DNA of 64,000 bases. It comes from an uncultured Candidatus Saccharibacteria bacterium (GTDB lineage Bacteria > Patescibacteriota > Minisyncoccia > Phycocordibacterales > UBA9973). Of the stretch, positions 1 through 9,196 are shown piece by piece. The notes beneath the pieces were generated by a model, which was given only the letters and a program-made list of their open reading frames with translations, searched no databases and had not been told where the DNA came from. The DNA lies in the NCBI GenBank assembly GCA_964631935.1, contig CAZWAV010000001.1:211460-275459 (forward strand), read 5' to 3'. The position numbers and the translations under genes are program-made. The number at the start of each line of letters is the position of its first letter. Within the stretch, counting starts at the first letter, position 1.

Positions 1-8
1 TTATACAG

Positions 9-341
9 ATGAGTGTAAACCGCCAGACAAGGCGCCTACGCGAAGTGGCCCGCGATGTCGAAGAGATTCAGGAGGATGTGGAAGAAATCCAGGAAGACGT
101 CGAGGAAATTCAGGAGGATGTGGAAGGTATCGAAAAAGACGTTGAAGACATACAAGAAGACGTCGAGGGTATTGAAAAAGATGTGGAGGATATTCAAGAG
201 AATGTTGAAGAAATCACCGAGGAAGAAGACGATACTCCAAGCCATACTCACGATGACGCAATGTTAAGTAGAATCGAAAACACTCTCGGTAAACTCATAG
301 AAGAAATAGCAGAATTAAAGAAGACCAATAAAAAAGACTAG
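9..341 (+). CDS. Acidic heptad-repeat (coiled-coil-like) protein, function unknown
   Basis: 110-aa ORF at window start; central part is 8 tandem 7-aa units (DVEEIQE/DVEGIEK/DVEDIQE/NVEEITE) encoded by 21-nt repeats; very high D/E content. Confidence 0.5.
   Translation: MSVNRQTRRLREVARDVEEIQEDVEEIQEDVEEIQEDVEGIEKDVEDIQEDVEGIEKDVEDIQENVEEITEEEDDTPSHTHDDAMLSRIENTLGKLIEEIAELKKTNKKD
54..221 (+). repeat. 8 x 21-bp in-frame tandem repeat (codon-degenerate) inside the 9..341 CDS
   Basis: gatgtcgaagagattcaggag / gatgtggaagaaatccaggaa / gacgtcgaggaaattcaggag ... read directly; the units differ mainly at synonymous positions. Confidence 0.8.
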
Positions 342-344
342 GTA

Positions 345-929
345 TTAACTAGTCTTTTTTATTTTCACAGCACCTTCTCTTATTATAAACAGCTTTCCTT
401 TCTTATATTCTATTAGAGTAGAGGGCTTTGAATCTTTTGTGCCTACGCATACATAAGCATCTACTTCTTTACCGAAATACTTTCGTGCTTCACTCCTTTT
501 CTTGGCGGGTGGTAGGCCTTGAGGGTTAGCACTTGGAGCCACTAGAGGCCCGACGGATTTTAGAATTTTTAATAAATTTTTATTTCTTGGGCCAATCATT
601 CGAAACGCAATAGTCTTTGTACCTCTATGTAAATAATCGAGCTTTTTTGATGTACAAGGAAGAACCACACTTACCTTTCCAGGCCATACACTCTCTAAGA
701 ATTTTTTCTGCTCGTCATTTATGCTCACCTCAAATTTCTTCAAATCAATAAATGAAGATATGAGCACTATACATGGCTTATTCTTGTCGCGTCCGCGTAT
801 TTTGTAAACTCTCTCTACTGCCTTTTTATTAAAAGCACTTGCAACTAACCCATACAAAGTATCAGTAGGTATTACCGCTACCCCACCTTTCTTTAATGCA
901 TCTTCAGCTTTTTTCCAGTCATTATGCAT
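345..929 (-). CDS. tsaC: L-threonylcarbamoyladenylate synthase (YrdC/Sua5 family)
   Basis: VAVIPTDTLYGL...KIRGR..KP..VLISS is the characteristic YrdC-domain N-terminus; 194 aa is the single-domain TsaC size. Confidence 0.85.
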   Translation of the reverse strand: MHNDWKKAEDALKKGGVAVIPTDTLYGLVASAFNKKAVERVYKIRGRDKNKPCIVLISSFIDLKKFEVSINDEQKKFLESVWPGKVSVVLPCTSKKLDYLHRGTKTIAFRMIGPRNKNLLKILKSVGPLVAPSANPQGLPPAKKRSEARKYFGKEVDAYVCVGTKDSKPSTLIEYKKGKLFIIREGAVKIKKTS

Positions 930-1263
930 CGATCTTTGCCGCTACTATAAAATCATTCTGTGACAATCCTCCTATAGCATGGGTACTTAGAGAAATATTT
1001 ACCTTCCCCCACCCAAGTTCAATATCTGGATGATGTCCTTCTTGTTCTGCAATAGCTCCTACTTTATTTACAAAAGCAAGCGCTTCTTTGAAATCTTTAA
1101 AAGTATACTTTTTAGAAATAGTTTTCGCATCTTCTGATAGAATCCAATCTTTCAAATGAAAAGCGAGCATTGCCTCGGCATCAACTTTTGTCATTGGCTC
1201 CACCCCTCCTTCGCATGGCACACACTTTTGTTCAGTTAAATTCATGAGATCATTATACAACAA
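922..1263 (-). CDS. Pterin-4a-carbinolamine dehydratase (PCD/DCoH)
   Basis: 113 aa; EQEGHHPDIELGWGKV...H....D matches the PCD signature [E]x3-HHP-x5-W...; size typical. Confidence 0.8.
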   Translation of the reverse strand: MLYNDLMNLTEQKCVPCEGGVEPMTKVDAEAMLAFHLKDWILSEDAKTISKKYTFKDFKEALAFVNKVGAIAEQEGHHPDIELGWGKVNISLSTHAIGGLSQNDFIVAAKIDA

Positions 1264-1321
1264 AGATTTTCCTAAAGATAATGGTTTGACAGAGTAAAAT
1301 ATACATAGTAGTCTGAAGAAA

Positions 1322-2221
1322 ATGTATCTTAAATCTCTAAACTATAAAACTTATCATATGAGCATGAGAAACTTAAAAATTATCAAATCTATCACAAACC
1401 GTGAATCATTGGCTTTAGAAAAATATCTAAAAGAAATAGATAAACTAGCTATGATAACACCAGAGGAGGAAGTTATTTTAGCTCAGAAAATTAAGAAAGG
1501 AGATCAGGCTGCATTAGACAAATTAGTAAAAGCCAATCTTCGTTTTGCTGTCTCTGTTGCAAAACAGTACCAGCATCAAGGTCTATCATTAAGTGACCTA
1601 ATAAATGAAGCAAACTTAGGTTTAATTAAGGCAGGAAAACGTTTTGATGAAACAAGGGGTTTTAAATTTATTTCTTACGCTGTTGGTTGGGTAAGACAAT
1701 CTATTTTGCAGGCATTAGCTGATCAGGGAAGATTAGTGAGAATACCGAATAATAGGATAATCTCACACAACAAAGTTAATAAAATATATAACCATCTTGA
1801 GCAAAAATTGGAAAGAGAACCTTCATTAGATGAGTTAACTGAGGAATCTGGTTTAAAAACTCATGATATGGAACTTATACTTCAACTAACCAACAAACAT
1901 TCTTCCTTGGATGCTCCGATTTTTGAAGATGGCGAAACTACAGCTGGTGACCTTATGTCAGGTGTTGTTTCAAAAGTAGATGGGGTTTTAAGTAAAGAGA
2001 GCTTAGATGAAGATATAGAAAGGGCCTTAGGTACTTTATTAGCAGAACAACGAACAGTTGTTAAAATGTACTTTGGTATTGGTTGTGACCCTATGACAAT
2101 CGAAAATATAGGTGATGCAATTTCCAGAACAGGAGAAAGGGCCAGACAAATGTTGCGGTCAGGAATACACAGATTAAGGAGAACGCAAACAAAGTCTCTG
2201 TTAAAAAAGTACATGGGATAA
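1322..2221 (+). CDS. rpoD: RNA polymerase sigma-70 family factor (compact RpoD/SigA-like)
   Basis: Region 2 'DLINEANLGLIKAGKRFDETRGFKFISYAVGWVRQSILQALADQGRLVRIP' and region 4.2 'TIENIGDAISRTGERARQMLRSGIHRLRR'; true start may be the internal Met at ~1361. Confidence 0.85.
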   Translation: MYLKSLNYKTYHMSMRNLKIIKSITNRESLALEKYLKEIDKLAMITPEEEVILAQKIKKGDQAALDKLVKANLRFAVSVAKQYQHQGLSLSDLINEANLGLIKAGKRFDETRGFKFISYAVGWVRQSILQALADQGRLVRIPNNRIISHNKVNKIYNHLEQKLEREPSLDELTEESGLKTHDMELILQLTNKHSSLDAPIFEDGETTAGDLMSGVVSKVDGVLSKESLDEDIERALGTLLAEQRTVVKMYFGIGCDPMTIENIGDAISRTGERARQMLRSGIHRLRRTQTKSLLKKYMG

Positions 2222-2231
2222 AAAAATAAAT

Positions 2232-2270
2232 ATAAAAAAGACCTGGCATATAATATGTCAGGCTTTTTAT
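2232..2270. terminator. Bidirectional rho-independent terminator between convergent rpoD-like and ychF
   Basis: A-run, hairpin cctggcata-taa-tatgtcagg (one G·U), then T-run ctttttattt. Confidence 0.6.
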
Positions 2271-2274
2271 TTAT

Positions 2275-3390
2275 CTATATCTTAAACTCAATCACATCTC
2301 CATCTTTGACGATGTACTCTTTCCCTTCTGTTCTTACCTTTCCTTTTGAGCGGGCTTCACCATAACTTCCGGCTTCTAGTAAATCTTTCCAGAATACGAC
2401 TTCAGCACGAATGAATTTATCTTTGAAGTCCGTATGTATTGCCATGCCTGCTACTGGCGCAGTCGAATCATGTTTGATAGTCCATGCGCGAGTCTCATCT
2501 TCACCTGTTGTGAAGTATGTATCAAGACCAAGTAGTTTGTATCCCTCGCTTATAAGACTATTGATACCATCATCATCTCCGCCAAGCTCTTTACGGAAGA
2601 CTTCTTTTTCTTCGCCTTCGAAATCTTTCAACTCCTCTTCAATTTTTGCATCAAGCACCACGTATCGAGAGCCAGTACTCTCAATATAATTTGTAAGTTC
2701 TTTAAAGATTTCTGGATTCATCTCGTCTAGATTTTTTGCTCCGCCCCTTTTATTTAAACCGTAGAGGAATGGTTTGAGTGTAAGCAAATTTAGCATTTTT
2801 ACTTTTTCCAATTCTTTCTCATCCAAGGCCACAGTATTAGCAAGCTTCCCTTCTTCAAATGCTTGCTCGAGCTTTACGAGTGCACCATCCTCAATGATTG
2901 CTTCTTTGTCACCCTTTTTTACATCCTTATTTATATTATTTTTTCTTTTTGATACTGTTTCAAGATCAGCAAGTATAAGCTCGAGATTTATCACTTCAAT
3001 ATCTCGAAGTGGATCTATATCTCCATAGACGTGTAGTATCTCATTCCCTGTATCGCTCTTAAGTGGAAAGATTCGGACCATTTCAAATATCGCATCTACT
3101 TCACGAATATTTGCGAGGAATTTATTCCCTAGTCCTTCGCCTTTTGATGCACCCTTCACAAGACCTGCAATATCGACGAATTCAATTGCCGCTGGAATAG
3201 TCTTGGCTGATTTTGAAAAATCTGAAAGTTTCCAAAGGCGTTCATCAGGCACAGGAACAATACCGACAGATGGATCAATCGTACAGAATGGATAGTTCTC
3301 GGCTGGGACGCCCTTTTTCGTAAGCGCATTAAAAAGCGTCGATTTGCCGACGTTTGGTAGACCAACAATTCCGATACTCAGTGAAGACAT
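2275..3390 (-). CDS. ychF: Ribosome-binding ATPase YchF (Obg-like GTPase family)
   Basis: N-terminus MSSLSIGIVGLPNVGKSTLFNALT (G1 P-loop), NYPFCTIDP, C-terminal TGS-like tail; 371 aa. Confidence 0.9.
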   Translation of the reverse strand: MSSLSIGIVGLPNVGKSTLFNALTKKGVPAENYPFCTIDPSVGIVPVPDERLWKLSDFSKSAKTIPAAIEFVDIAGLVKGASKGEGLGNKFLANIREVDAIFEMVRIFPLKSDTGNEILHVYGDIDPLRDIEVINLELILADLETVSKRKNNINKDVKKGDKEAIIEDGALVKLEQAFEEGKLANTVALDEKELEKVKMLNLLTLKPFLYGLNKRGGAKNLDEMNPEIFKELTNYIESTGSRYVVLDAKIEEELKDFEGEEKEVFRKELGGDDDGINSLISEGYKLLGLDTYFTTGEDETRAWTIKHDSTAPVAGMAIHTDFKDKFIRAEVVFWKDLLEAGSYGEARSKGKVRTEGKEYIVKDGDVIEFKI

Positions 3391-4978
3391 TGATATTTGA
3401 AGTTACTGGAATACATCCATATACTTGTAAATTCTCTCTCGTTCCGACCACTTTATCTATAATATTATTGATTATGGCCTTTTTAGCACTAAAACTCAAG
3501 TCTTTTAAGGCTTGTGATGCTTTTTCAGCAAAAGCTTTTACTTCATCTAGTTTAGGTAATTCATTTTCATTTACTTCTTCATTTTCTAAGTAAGCCTTAC
3601 CTATCTGATTATTTAATAAAGCTATCTTTTCTTTTAAAGGATTGATTTGTTCTTTAAGCTGGTCAATAGTAAGGATCCCTGCCCCATATGCTTTAGTGTA
3701 ACGATTTTCTTGATCCTTTAATTTTGCTATTTCTTTTTTAGTTTCTTCAATATTTATTGTCGAAGTTTTATCACCTACTCTTTGATTATTAAGCCAACGC
3801 TCAGCTTGCTTCAATAATAGCTCTGGAGAACTCATGAGATTTGTTATACCTTCCCATACTAGCGGATCCAATATTCTAGCATTAAGTGCTTTTTCTTTAC
3901 ATTTTGGTTTTAATGGAAAACTCTTAACTCTATCTGTACATCTATAATATAAGTGTTTACCTTGTTGTGGACCTTCGCCAGCTCTTCTTTTACCGCAATC
4001 ACACCAAAGTTTTCCTGCAAGAAGATATTCATTCTTAGTATTTCTGGAAGACATCTCAAAATTTGTTCTTAGTCTCTTTTCTGCTCGAAAAAATACATCC
4101 CGGTTTATAAGTTTAAGGGTAGGTATAATAATCCATTCACTTTCAGGTCTAAATTTTCTACTAGATTTTTTATGCTTTCTATATGTGTCTTTTTTCCATG
4201 GTTTTTGTGGTACTACAGAATAGGTAGCTCCATAGTGACCCTCGCCAATATATGTTTTATTTTTAAAAAGTGAACTTAAAGTACTAGTGTTCCAAACACC
4301 TCTTTTACTTTTTCGAGGCTGTATGCCTAATTCCTGAAGTCTTCTAACAACCGCACGTAGAGTTAATCCTTCATCTGCTACCCAGGAAAAAATCTTTTTA
4401 ACAATTTGAGCTTCGTATTTATTTATTTCATAATGACCTTGCATAAAGTCAGCATCACCCCTTTTACCTTTCTTTAATATAAAAGTGTAACCATATGGTC
4501 CTTCAGTAGAAAGAATATGACCTTCATTAGCCTTACGAACTTTGCCAAGTCTAAATCTTTCCTTAATCTTCATTCTTTCATATTCAGTGAATACCCCTCT
4601 CATCTTGTACATAATAATATCCTCATCAGTTTTAGGCTGAGGGATCGTAACAAATAAAACATCAATTTCCAGCTCCTTAAGTTCTTCCATGACTACTTCT
4701 TGCCATGATCCACGTCTAGCTAATCTATCAGGATCATAAATAAGAACTGCTTCCCACTCTTTTTTCTTTGCATCAATACGAAGCTGATCAAGTCCTGGTC
4801 TTACAAGATTGTCACCGGACCATCCTTCATCTAAATATTCTTTCACTATAATGTAACCATTCTTTTTAGCGTGCTCTCTTACACTTGAAAGTTGGGTCTC
4901 AATAGTTCCTTCATTTTCTTGATTTGAAGTTGAGACTCTACCGTATACTGCTATTAATTTATTCTTTTCCATAATCAA
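3329..4978 (-). CDS. Large serine recombinase (resolvase/invertase catalytic domain + recombinase domain + zinc ribbon)
   Basis: N-terminus LIAVYGRVSTSNQENEGTIETQ (catalytic Ser motif), ...YDPDRLARR; 549 aa; Cys-rich zinc-ribbon region (LWCDCGKRR...YYRCTDR) and coiled-coil C-terminus. Last ~20 codons overlap the ychF start. Confidence 0.85.
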   Translation of the reverse strand: MIMEKNKLIAVYGRVSTSNQENEGTIETQLSSVREHAKKNGYIIVKEYLDEGWSGDNLVRPGLDQLRIDAKKKEWEAVLIYDPDRLARRGSWQEVVMEELKELEIDVLFVTIPQPKTDEDIIMYKMRGVFTEYERMKIKERFRLGKVRKANEGHILSTEGPYGYTFILKKGKRGDADFMQGHYEINKYEAQIVKKIFSWVADEGLTLRAVVRRLQELGIQPRKSKRGVWNTSTLSSLFKNKTYIGEGHYGATYSVVPQKPWKKDTYRKHKKSSRKFRPESEWIIIPTLKLINRDVFFRAEKRLRTNFEMSSRNTKNEYLLAGKLWCDCGKRRAGEGPQQGKHLYYRCTDRVKSFPLKPKCKEKALNARILDPLVWEGITNLMSSPELLLKQAERWLNNQRVGDKTSTINIEETKKEIAKLKDQENRYTKAYGAGILTIDQLKEQINPLKEKIALLNNQIGKAYLENEEVNENELPKLDEVKAFAEKASQALKDLSFSAKKAIINNIIDKVVGTRENLQVYGCIPVTSNINVFTEYRNCWSTKRRQIDAF

Positions 4979-5165
4979 TTTTTATTACTTCCTCAAATAG
5001 GATATCAAAAGCTTTATCGACATTATTTTCTAATGAAGCTACATATTTATAATCCAAAAAGGGACAACGATGCGACTCTTTGTTGCTACACATCAAGTCT
5101 CGTTGCCCCTTTTTAGGCTCAAAAAAGTTTTTGTCGCATATTGAATTGATGTGTAGCTCATCCAT
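4959..5165 (-). CDS. Hypothetical small protein (island-associated)
   Basis: 68-aa ORF overlapping the recombinase start by 20 nt; no recognisable motif. Confidence 0.3.
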   Translation of the reverse strand: MDELHINSICDKNFFEPKKGQRDLMCSNKESHRCPFLDYKYVASLENNVDKAFDILFEEVIKIDYGKE

Positions 5166-5179
5166 TATATCATTTCTAA

Positions 5180-5851
5180 TTAATTTTTAGTATTGTTATT
5201 CCCCTTAGATTTATCGTCTACTAGTTTAAAAACCCTATAATGTGACTCTTCACTTTGCTTAGATAGCTTTAAATAGCGTTGATACCTTTTAGTAGGTTTT
5301 CCCTTGTAATGCGTACGTTTTATGCTGTATCTAATAGAGGCTAGATCGTCGTCGTTGATGGGCCGTCCAAATAGCCTAAATATCCTACTAAGGTTTCTAG
5401 ACTCATAAGTGAGGTTATGGCAGTGCCTACAGCCAAAATAGTCTCCGTCTTTATACAGAACCCCGACCCTTCTTCCACAAGGAACACCGCTCTTAGAAAG
5501 AGGACATTTAAACCAATACCGAACTCCTCCGAAGTAACAATGTGTAGTTAGTAGGTTAACTTTATAATCAAAGTCCTTCTTCTCTCCTGTCCTTCGAGAT
5601 GTTTGTGTGTATTGAATACGAAGATAATCTTCATCTCCCATAGTTACAACTTCTACGCCCACCCTGCTTCTTTCACGAGACCAATTATGAGGCCAATATA
5701 TTTCTCCAGACCTTCGTCCAATAAAATACTTATACTTGTAGAGAAAGCTGGTACTAAGTGTTATTAAATTTTCTACTTCTGTTTTACTCATATAATTTGT
5801 ATGTTCACCGAAATCAATAGGGATTGATTTGAGTTTTACTATTAATTCCAC
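5180..5851 (-). CDS. Hypothetical protein with C/H cluster (possible zinc-binding), island-associated
   Basis: 223 aa; CPLSKSGVPCGRRV...GCRHCH cluster; basic C-terminus; no family recognised. Confidence 0.45.
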   Translation of the reverse strand: MELIVKLKSIPIDFGEHTNYMSKTEVENLITLSTSFLYKYKYFIGRRSGEIYWPHNWSRERSRVGVEVVTMGDEDYLRIQYTQTSRRTGEKKDFDYKVNLLTTHCYFGGVRYWFKCPLSKSGVPCGRRVGVLYKDGDYFGCRHCHNLTYESRNLSRIFRLFGRPINDDDLASIRYSIKRTHYKGKPTKRYQRYLKLSKQSEESHYRVFKLVDDKSKGNNNTKN

Positions 5852-5953
5852 AAAAAAGGAGGGTTAGGAGGGGGAAATACAACACGTGGCCACAAAGAGA
5901 AATGCAGTTTACTTTAATAGAGAATTCCTAAATTGCCCTCCTAGCCCACCTAA

Positions 5954-7576
5954 CTAACCAGGTGATAAATCAAAATTAAGAAGATTATTATCAACATCTT
6001 GCTGTATGGATGATGTATTAAGTTTCTGATCCTTGAATCTGACACCAATCCAACAATTAACCTGTTCTATCTTTCCTGTCTCAATATTTTTTATGCTTCT
6101 TTTTGCGCTACCAATTGATATAAACTTAGGTAATTGCTTTCCGATTGTTACTTTTGTCATTCCTACTGGAAGATCATTTTTTGAGGCAAAGTTTATAAAT
6201 TCATGTTCCATTTTATCTTTAGTTATATAAACAGACGTGTCTGAAATTACCTCTAACTCACTATAGGCAAATGTTGCTAAACTTGAGGCAGACATACTCA
6301 TTTCTTTCTTTATCTCATCAGCAGACTGGCTGTAACTAAAGTTTTGACTTTGTAATAGATTATGGAGTCCTTCAAGAGCAAAATTTAATATTCCTGAAAG
6401 CTCTAGGTCCGTAGTAATCTTTTCCAACAAGAACTTGTCTGGTTTATCTGTTCTTTGTTCAAATCTTATTAATATCCACCTACTAAAATACGCATCATCA
6501 TCTGTATCCTTAATCGCTGGAATCTTATTACAAGAAAATGTTATTTTTGCATGGTTTTTAAAGGTAAATAAATCACCGAACTTTTTTTCTCCAGTTACAC
6601 CACCACCCCCAGTAAGCATCTTAAATATTCCATTATCGGTAATATCTTTGAAAGAAAGATCATCATAAATATTTGCATGTTTTTGATATAAGTTAGAAAG
6701 CGCAAATTTATCAGAGCTAAGTCTTTGCAAACTTACACCAGAAATATTTTCTTCACCTAAAAACTTAATCAAAACATTAAGTAGTGTTGTTTTCCCCGTA
6801 TCTCTTTCACCCAATAGTATGATTGCTTTTTTAAATGGATAACTCCTATATAAGCAATATCCAAACCACTCCTGTATTACTTTTACAGAATCATCATCTA
6901 GTATTTGATTCAAAAACTCTTTGAATTTAGGGCAATCAATATCTTTACTAAAATCTACGGGAATCTGATAAAGAAATAGATACTTTGGGGAATGAAACAA
7001 AAATTCTTTTGTCATTAAGTTATATACCCCATTCCTAAAATTTATTAGATGTGTATCAGCATTAAAATCTTTCCTTTCCTTGTATGTCTTATCTTTTATA
7101 TTTCTAATAATTTCCTCCCTGTAATAACTTCCACTTAAATTTTCTGTTATTTCCGATATTTCTCTTTTCACTAAACCATGATCAACTACATATACACCAT
7201 TTTTATAAATGTATATCTCTTTAGTGTTATCTCGGTTCCCGATAGTTTTAATGTTATGCTTATCAATCAAATATAAAGCTATGTCCCAAGTACCTTGAGT
7301 TTTATTTGTTTTTAAACTAGTTTTCAGTTCATCTAGCTTTTTTTCTGTATTCAATTCCTCCTTAGTTATATAGTCCTTTAAGTAGTCAAATAAATGAAGA
7401 AGTTCACTAGTTCTAATTAAGTGATTTTTATCTTTATTCCATCGTAATACCTTCGGCAAGACTACCTTATCCCAATCTGTTTTGGGCGTTGATTTAAGAT
7501 TGTTTCCAATAAAGACTTTATACTCAAGTAACACCTTTTCGTCTATTGGCTTTACTGGATTATTTATTTCATTCAT
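5954..7576 (-). CDS. Phage/plasmid primase-helicase, P4/D5 family (D5_N + SF3 NTPase)
   Basis: Walker A LLGERDTGKTTLLNVL followed by hydrophobic-D/E Walker B region, 540 aa, architecture typical of P4-alpha/D5-like primase C-terminal NTPase. Confidence 0.7.
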   Translation of the reverse strand: MNEINNPVKPIDEKVLLEYKVFIGNNLKSTPKTDWDKVVLPKVLRWNKDKNHLIRTSELLHLFDYLKDYITKEELNTEKKLDELKTSLKTNKTQGTWDIALYLIDKHNIKTIGNRDNTKEIYIYKNGVYVVDHGLVKREISEITENLSGSYYREEIIRNIKDKTYKERKDFNADTHLINFRNGVYNLMTKEFLFHSPKYLFLYQIPVDFSKDIDCPKFKEFLNQILDDDSVKVIQEWFGYCLYRSYPFKKAIILLGERDTGKTTLLNVLIKFLGEENISGVSLQRLSSDKFALSNLYQKHANIYDDLSFKDITDNGIFKMLTGGGGVTGEKKFGDLFTFKNHAKITFSCNKIPAIKDTDDDAYFSRWILIRFEQRTDKPDKFLLEKITTDLELSGILNFALEGLHNLLQSQNFSYSQSADEIKKEMSMSASSLATFAYSELEVISDTSVYITKDKMEHEFINFASKNDLPVGMTKVTIGKQLPKFISIGSAKRSIKNIETGKIEQVNCWIGVRFKDQKLNTSSIQQDVDNNLLNFDLSPG

Positions 7577-8364
7577 ACCTTATTTAATCTTATAATTACT
7601 TATAAGGTCACATTAGATATTAGATTTTCTATAAAAGAAAAATCTACTCATAAATCAACAGGCGATGTCCACTCGACCTGTCGATTTATAAATAGACTTT
7701 AGGTGGACACCTCTTATTTTTTTACAACAAAAAACCAACACATTACGTGCTGGTTTCTTTGTGTTAATTAAAAACTTTACCGAAAAAAGAAACTAGTTCA
7801 CGTAAGTGAATCGTTTATTATTTCAGTGAAATCTTTAATTTTCTCTCTTTTGCCTTTTAACGTCCATTTTTTACCGAGAGACTTCTCGTGGCAGTTTAGA
7901 GAATATAAAAAAGTATCCGATCTCTTTAGAATTAAAGAGGAGCTTTCTACAATTTACGCTTTTACCCAATCTCTATGCATAGGTCAAGGCTCTGGACGCA
8001 CCCCCAGAACAAAAAGAAAAATTGTTCAAAATCTCAAATACATATTTGTTTATATAATGTACCGGCTTGCAATACTTACAAGCTATATTAATTATAACAT
8101 AGTTTTTTCATAAAAAGCAAGTTTGATATATTTTTGCCTATAAAAGTGCTAAAATTGAGTTACAAGTTAATAAGGACCTAACCCTTTAGTTTTTACAGCT
8201 AAAGGTATGGTTAAAAGCCCGATCAGAGTAAAAACCCCAACATTAAGGGATTGCTCTGATCGGCCGTACCGGGAAACTGGTATGAGTGGCGAAAGCTACT
8301 GACCCTTGTGTTGGGATTTTTGTTACCCAAACTATAAGGGCATTATTAATATTTAATAATCCTC

Positions 8365-8610
8365 ATGAAAAATAAATCAGTAAACGGGTTGGTATCTGTC
8401 CTATTAAGCCTGTTTCTTATTGAATCTATTCCATACGTAAGTATCGGCTTAACTATATACGGACTATGGTTAGCTAGTATAGTTTTAAAAAATAAAGAGA
8501 CTAAAAAAAGAGATCGCATAATTTCTATTGTTACGTCAGTAATTGGATATGTCCTTATAATTGGACTTTTTGTTATTTATTTCAAAAATATCCTGCATGG
8601 TGCTAGGTAA
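8365..8610 (+). CDS. Small membrane protein (2 predicted TM helices), hypothetical
   Basis: 81 aa, two long hydrophobic stretches; preceded by a structured leader. Confidence 0.4.
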   Translation: MKNKSVNGLVSVLLSLFLIESIPYVSIGLTIYGLWLASIVLKNKETKKRDRIISIVTSVIGYVLIIGLFVIYFKNILHGAR

Positions 8611-8621
8611 TATAAATACTC

Positions 8622-9038
8622 ATGAAAAAAATCATCATTAGAGAAAACAAAATAGTAGTGTCTATTATATTAGGGAGTATTATAATTGGATTATCTTTTT
8701 ATTTTGGCCAAATAGAGAAACATACACAGCAAGCACAAAAAATAAATCAAGAGGAAAATATAAGATGTCAAAAAATAGCTATAGACAATAAAGATACTAA
8801 GGTATCATTCTATAAATTTGAATATCACTATAACCAAAATACTGGTATGTGTATCTTGGCATATATAAAAAACGATTCCTATGGTGGTAGAAACTATCTG
8901 GTTACTGATTTATTCTCTGGTAAAGATATTTATAATAAAATTGGGATAGAACCTGGTGATGAAGCGGTTAGACTATATAACGAATGGGATCATTTATCTA
9001 ATTTATATTTTTATCAAAAAGAAGTAAGAATACCTTAA
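8622..9038 (+). CDS. Hypothetical membrane-anchored protein
   Basis: 138 aa, N-terminal TM helix (VVSIILGSIIIGLSFYF), 11 nt after previous ORF. Confidence 0.45.
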   Translation: MKKIIIRENKIVVSIILGSIIIGLSFYFGQIEKHTQQAQKINQEENIRCQKIAIDNKDTKVSFYKFEYHYNQNTGMCILAYIKNDSYGGRNYLVTDLFSGKDIYNKIGIEPGDEAVRLYNEWDHLSNLYFYQKEVRIP

Positions 9039-9196
9039 AAGGTTAATTATTAGATTTATCATTAAAAGTAGTAGAATCACGATTTACTATTTTATTGGCT
9101 TCAATTTTAACCTTTTCTATCTGTATATTTGGCGTATCACACCAACCAATCCCAGTTATTTTTATTAAGATTTTTCTAAAAAAGTTTTTCATATAA

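Larger units (their letters stand above)
3329..7650. mobile_element. Putative integrative element / satellite-like island (serine recombinase + small ORFs + P4/D5-type primase-helicase)
   Basis: Recombinase and primase-helicase are co-directional with two hypothetical ORFs, wedged between ychF and a long non-coding stretch; boundaries not determinable from sequence alone. Confidence 0.45.

Noticed and set aside
36-267. ORFs 36..251 (-) and 55..267 (+) overlapping the repeat protein
   Set aside because: Alternative frames of the 21-nt tandem repeat; low-complexity K/R- or F/L-rich translations with no start context. They are artefacts of the repeat.
2411-3028. Antisense ORFs inside ychF (2411..2689, 2774..3028) and similar internal antisense ORFs in the helicase, MTase, surface protein, uvrA/uvrB, tgt, mreB, proS
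   Set aside because: All lie wholly inside well-supported genes on the opposite strand, with S/F/L-rich low-complexity translations; standard shadow ORFs.
7826-8113. 95-aa plus-strand ORF in the long non-coding stretch
   Set aside because: No RBS, composition like surrounding AT-rich intergenic DNA, and it overlaps predicted RNA hairpins; treated as non-coding.
8220-8300. Possible TPP (thi-box) riboswitch
   Set aside because: Only partial resemblance (CUGAUCGG, CAGAGUAAAAACCCC); the GAUCAGAG/CUCUGAUC segments pair as a simple hairpin, unlike the thi-box; downstream gene is not thiamine-related. Left as an unclassified structured element.
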